The translations under genes were made by a program, and so were the position numbers. A DNA stretch of 63,702 nt, counting the filler, from Nemertoderma westbladi (lineage: Eukaryota; Animalia; Xenacoelomorpha): assembly GCA_032718475.1 (NCBI GenBank). It is 4 parts of 4 records of this genome, joined end to end, with 100 filler letters (N's around TTAATTAATTAA, not from the genome) between each part and the next. Parts side by side here need not be neighbours in the genome. Positions count along the whole stretch, not along the records: positions 53,850 to 63,702 come from JAUCBJ010000996.1; 3 more parts are not named here. One strand, written 5' to 3'. Position 1 is the stretch's first letter. Each line of letters opens with the position of its first letter. Under the pieces are notes generated by a model. That model saw nothing but the letters and a program-made list of their open reading frames with translations. It had not been told where the DNA came from and did no database searches. Below are positions 62,472 through 63,702 of this stretch, in pieces.

Positions 62472-63069
62472 TATGGTAAAATAGATGACTGCAAATTACG
62501 ACTGTCGGATAATAATACTAAATTTATAATATAAATGAGTAGAGAAAGTTAAGGCGATGTGATGTAATATCAGAGGAGAGAAGCCAACAGAGAGAAGATA
62601 ATTCTATAAGTTACCAAGTAAGGTTGAACGGATTTCAGTTAATTCAGTTATTGTCATTAATATAACATCAATTGAATCAAAATTACCTGCATAAATATAA
62701 AAGAAAGAGTAATTAACATCAATCTATACACATTGTTTTGTATTACTGTATAGCGTAGTCAATAATTATATTGTACTCAAGTAATGCAATAATTTTAAAT
62801 CAGGGTGGTGTAATTTTGCAATTTCTTGTGTCTGTAATTTCTTGTGAAATACAATTATATTTCAAGATAAATTCATACTTTTGTTGAAAAAATATAATAG
62901 CAAATATCCCAAATTGAAGATTAAAATTTAATTGTTTTAATTTTAATTTTTGAAAATTGAAATTAAAACAAATATGAAATAATCTTATTGTTTATAAGTT
63001 TTATCATCCATGAGATTGTATAAATTATAAGTATTTTAAACATGACTTAGGATGATCCAACTCTATAGC

Positions 63070-63290
63070 AAATGGAGCTGAAAAAATGAATTTTTAACCC
63101 TACATGGATTAAATAAACTCAAAACACCAAAGGAATTAGTTACACGCATAGGAGACGACATTGTAACTATTACAGATCCATCTCAAATAGCTTCTGCACT
63201 AAATACTCTTCTCATCCATTATTGGTTCAAAATTAGCAGCTGATATTCCTAAATCCAGGCAATCACCAACGCATTACATTAAGAATACCC
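63070..63290 (+). mobile_element. Degraded CR1/L2-group LINE ORF2 linker fragment
   Basis: Translates to ITDPSQIASALN.. / IGSKLAADIPKS..PTHYI, the conserved pre-RT linker. Confidence 0.6.
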
Positions 63291-63702
63291 CCCCCCCCCC
63301 CTACACCTTATTTACACTTTATTTTTCTAATCTAATAATATAATCTCGACTCAGGTTAGGTGCTAGCACTTGCAGTGTAATAATTAATTTATTATTTACT
63401 TTTATTCTATTCGATGGGTAATATTTACATATTATTTTACACCTTTTTCTTTATTTAACTGTTTATTACGCTCTAATATAAAACGTTCTCTTACATAATA
63501 ATTACATAATCATGAAATCGCCCAAATATTAGCTCAGAGCCAGAACCTAATATTGTAATTTTTTCAGTTACTATTGCCCTCAAATTCAGACGCATATACT
63601 AAAATAGGCCAGTTTTATGGCCGTCTTATATATAAGACCGTCTTATGTGAATTTCAGCAGTATACCACAGTCGCTCGAGACGATGTTAGGACAACAATGT
63701 TA

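Overview
AT-rich, repeat-dominated eukaryotic DNA, probably from an invertebrate animal (inferred from the TE families and the C2H2 array). It consists of four contigs joined by artificial 100-bp N/TTAATTAATTAA spacers, so adjacency across the spacers is not established. Most of the window is nested, mostly defective mobile elements. LTR elements: a BEL/Pao element that keeps Gag-protease but has lost RT and integrase (with a second partial copy), and two 5' ends of another BEL-like family. LINEs: CR1-, RTE- and RTE-X-like. DNA elements: an IS3EU-like transposase, a MULE with minisatellite-filled non-autonomous derivatives, a THAP foldback, and piggyBac-, Kolobok-, Tc1- and Zator/Harbinger-like non-autonomous elements. 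There are also several tandem arrays. Three gene-like sequences are not TEs: a 13-finger C2H2 gene with one nonsense codon, a frameshifted intronless EEF2KMT/FAM86 copy, and an intronless ~568-codon ORF resembling a divergent DAO-family FAD oxidoreductase, a candidate for horizontal transfer. The most notable items are that ORF, the Gag-protease-only BEL element with a 331-bp-arm hairpin at its 5' end, the tandem hairpin array inside the IS3EU element, and several long inverted repeats. All family assignments come from recognising motifs by eye; no database searches were run.
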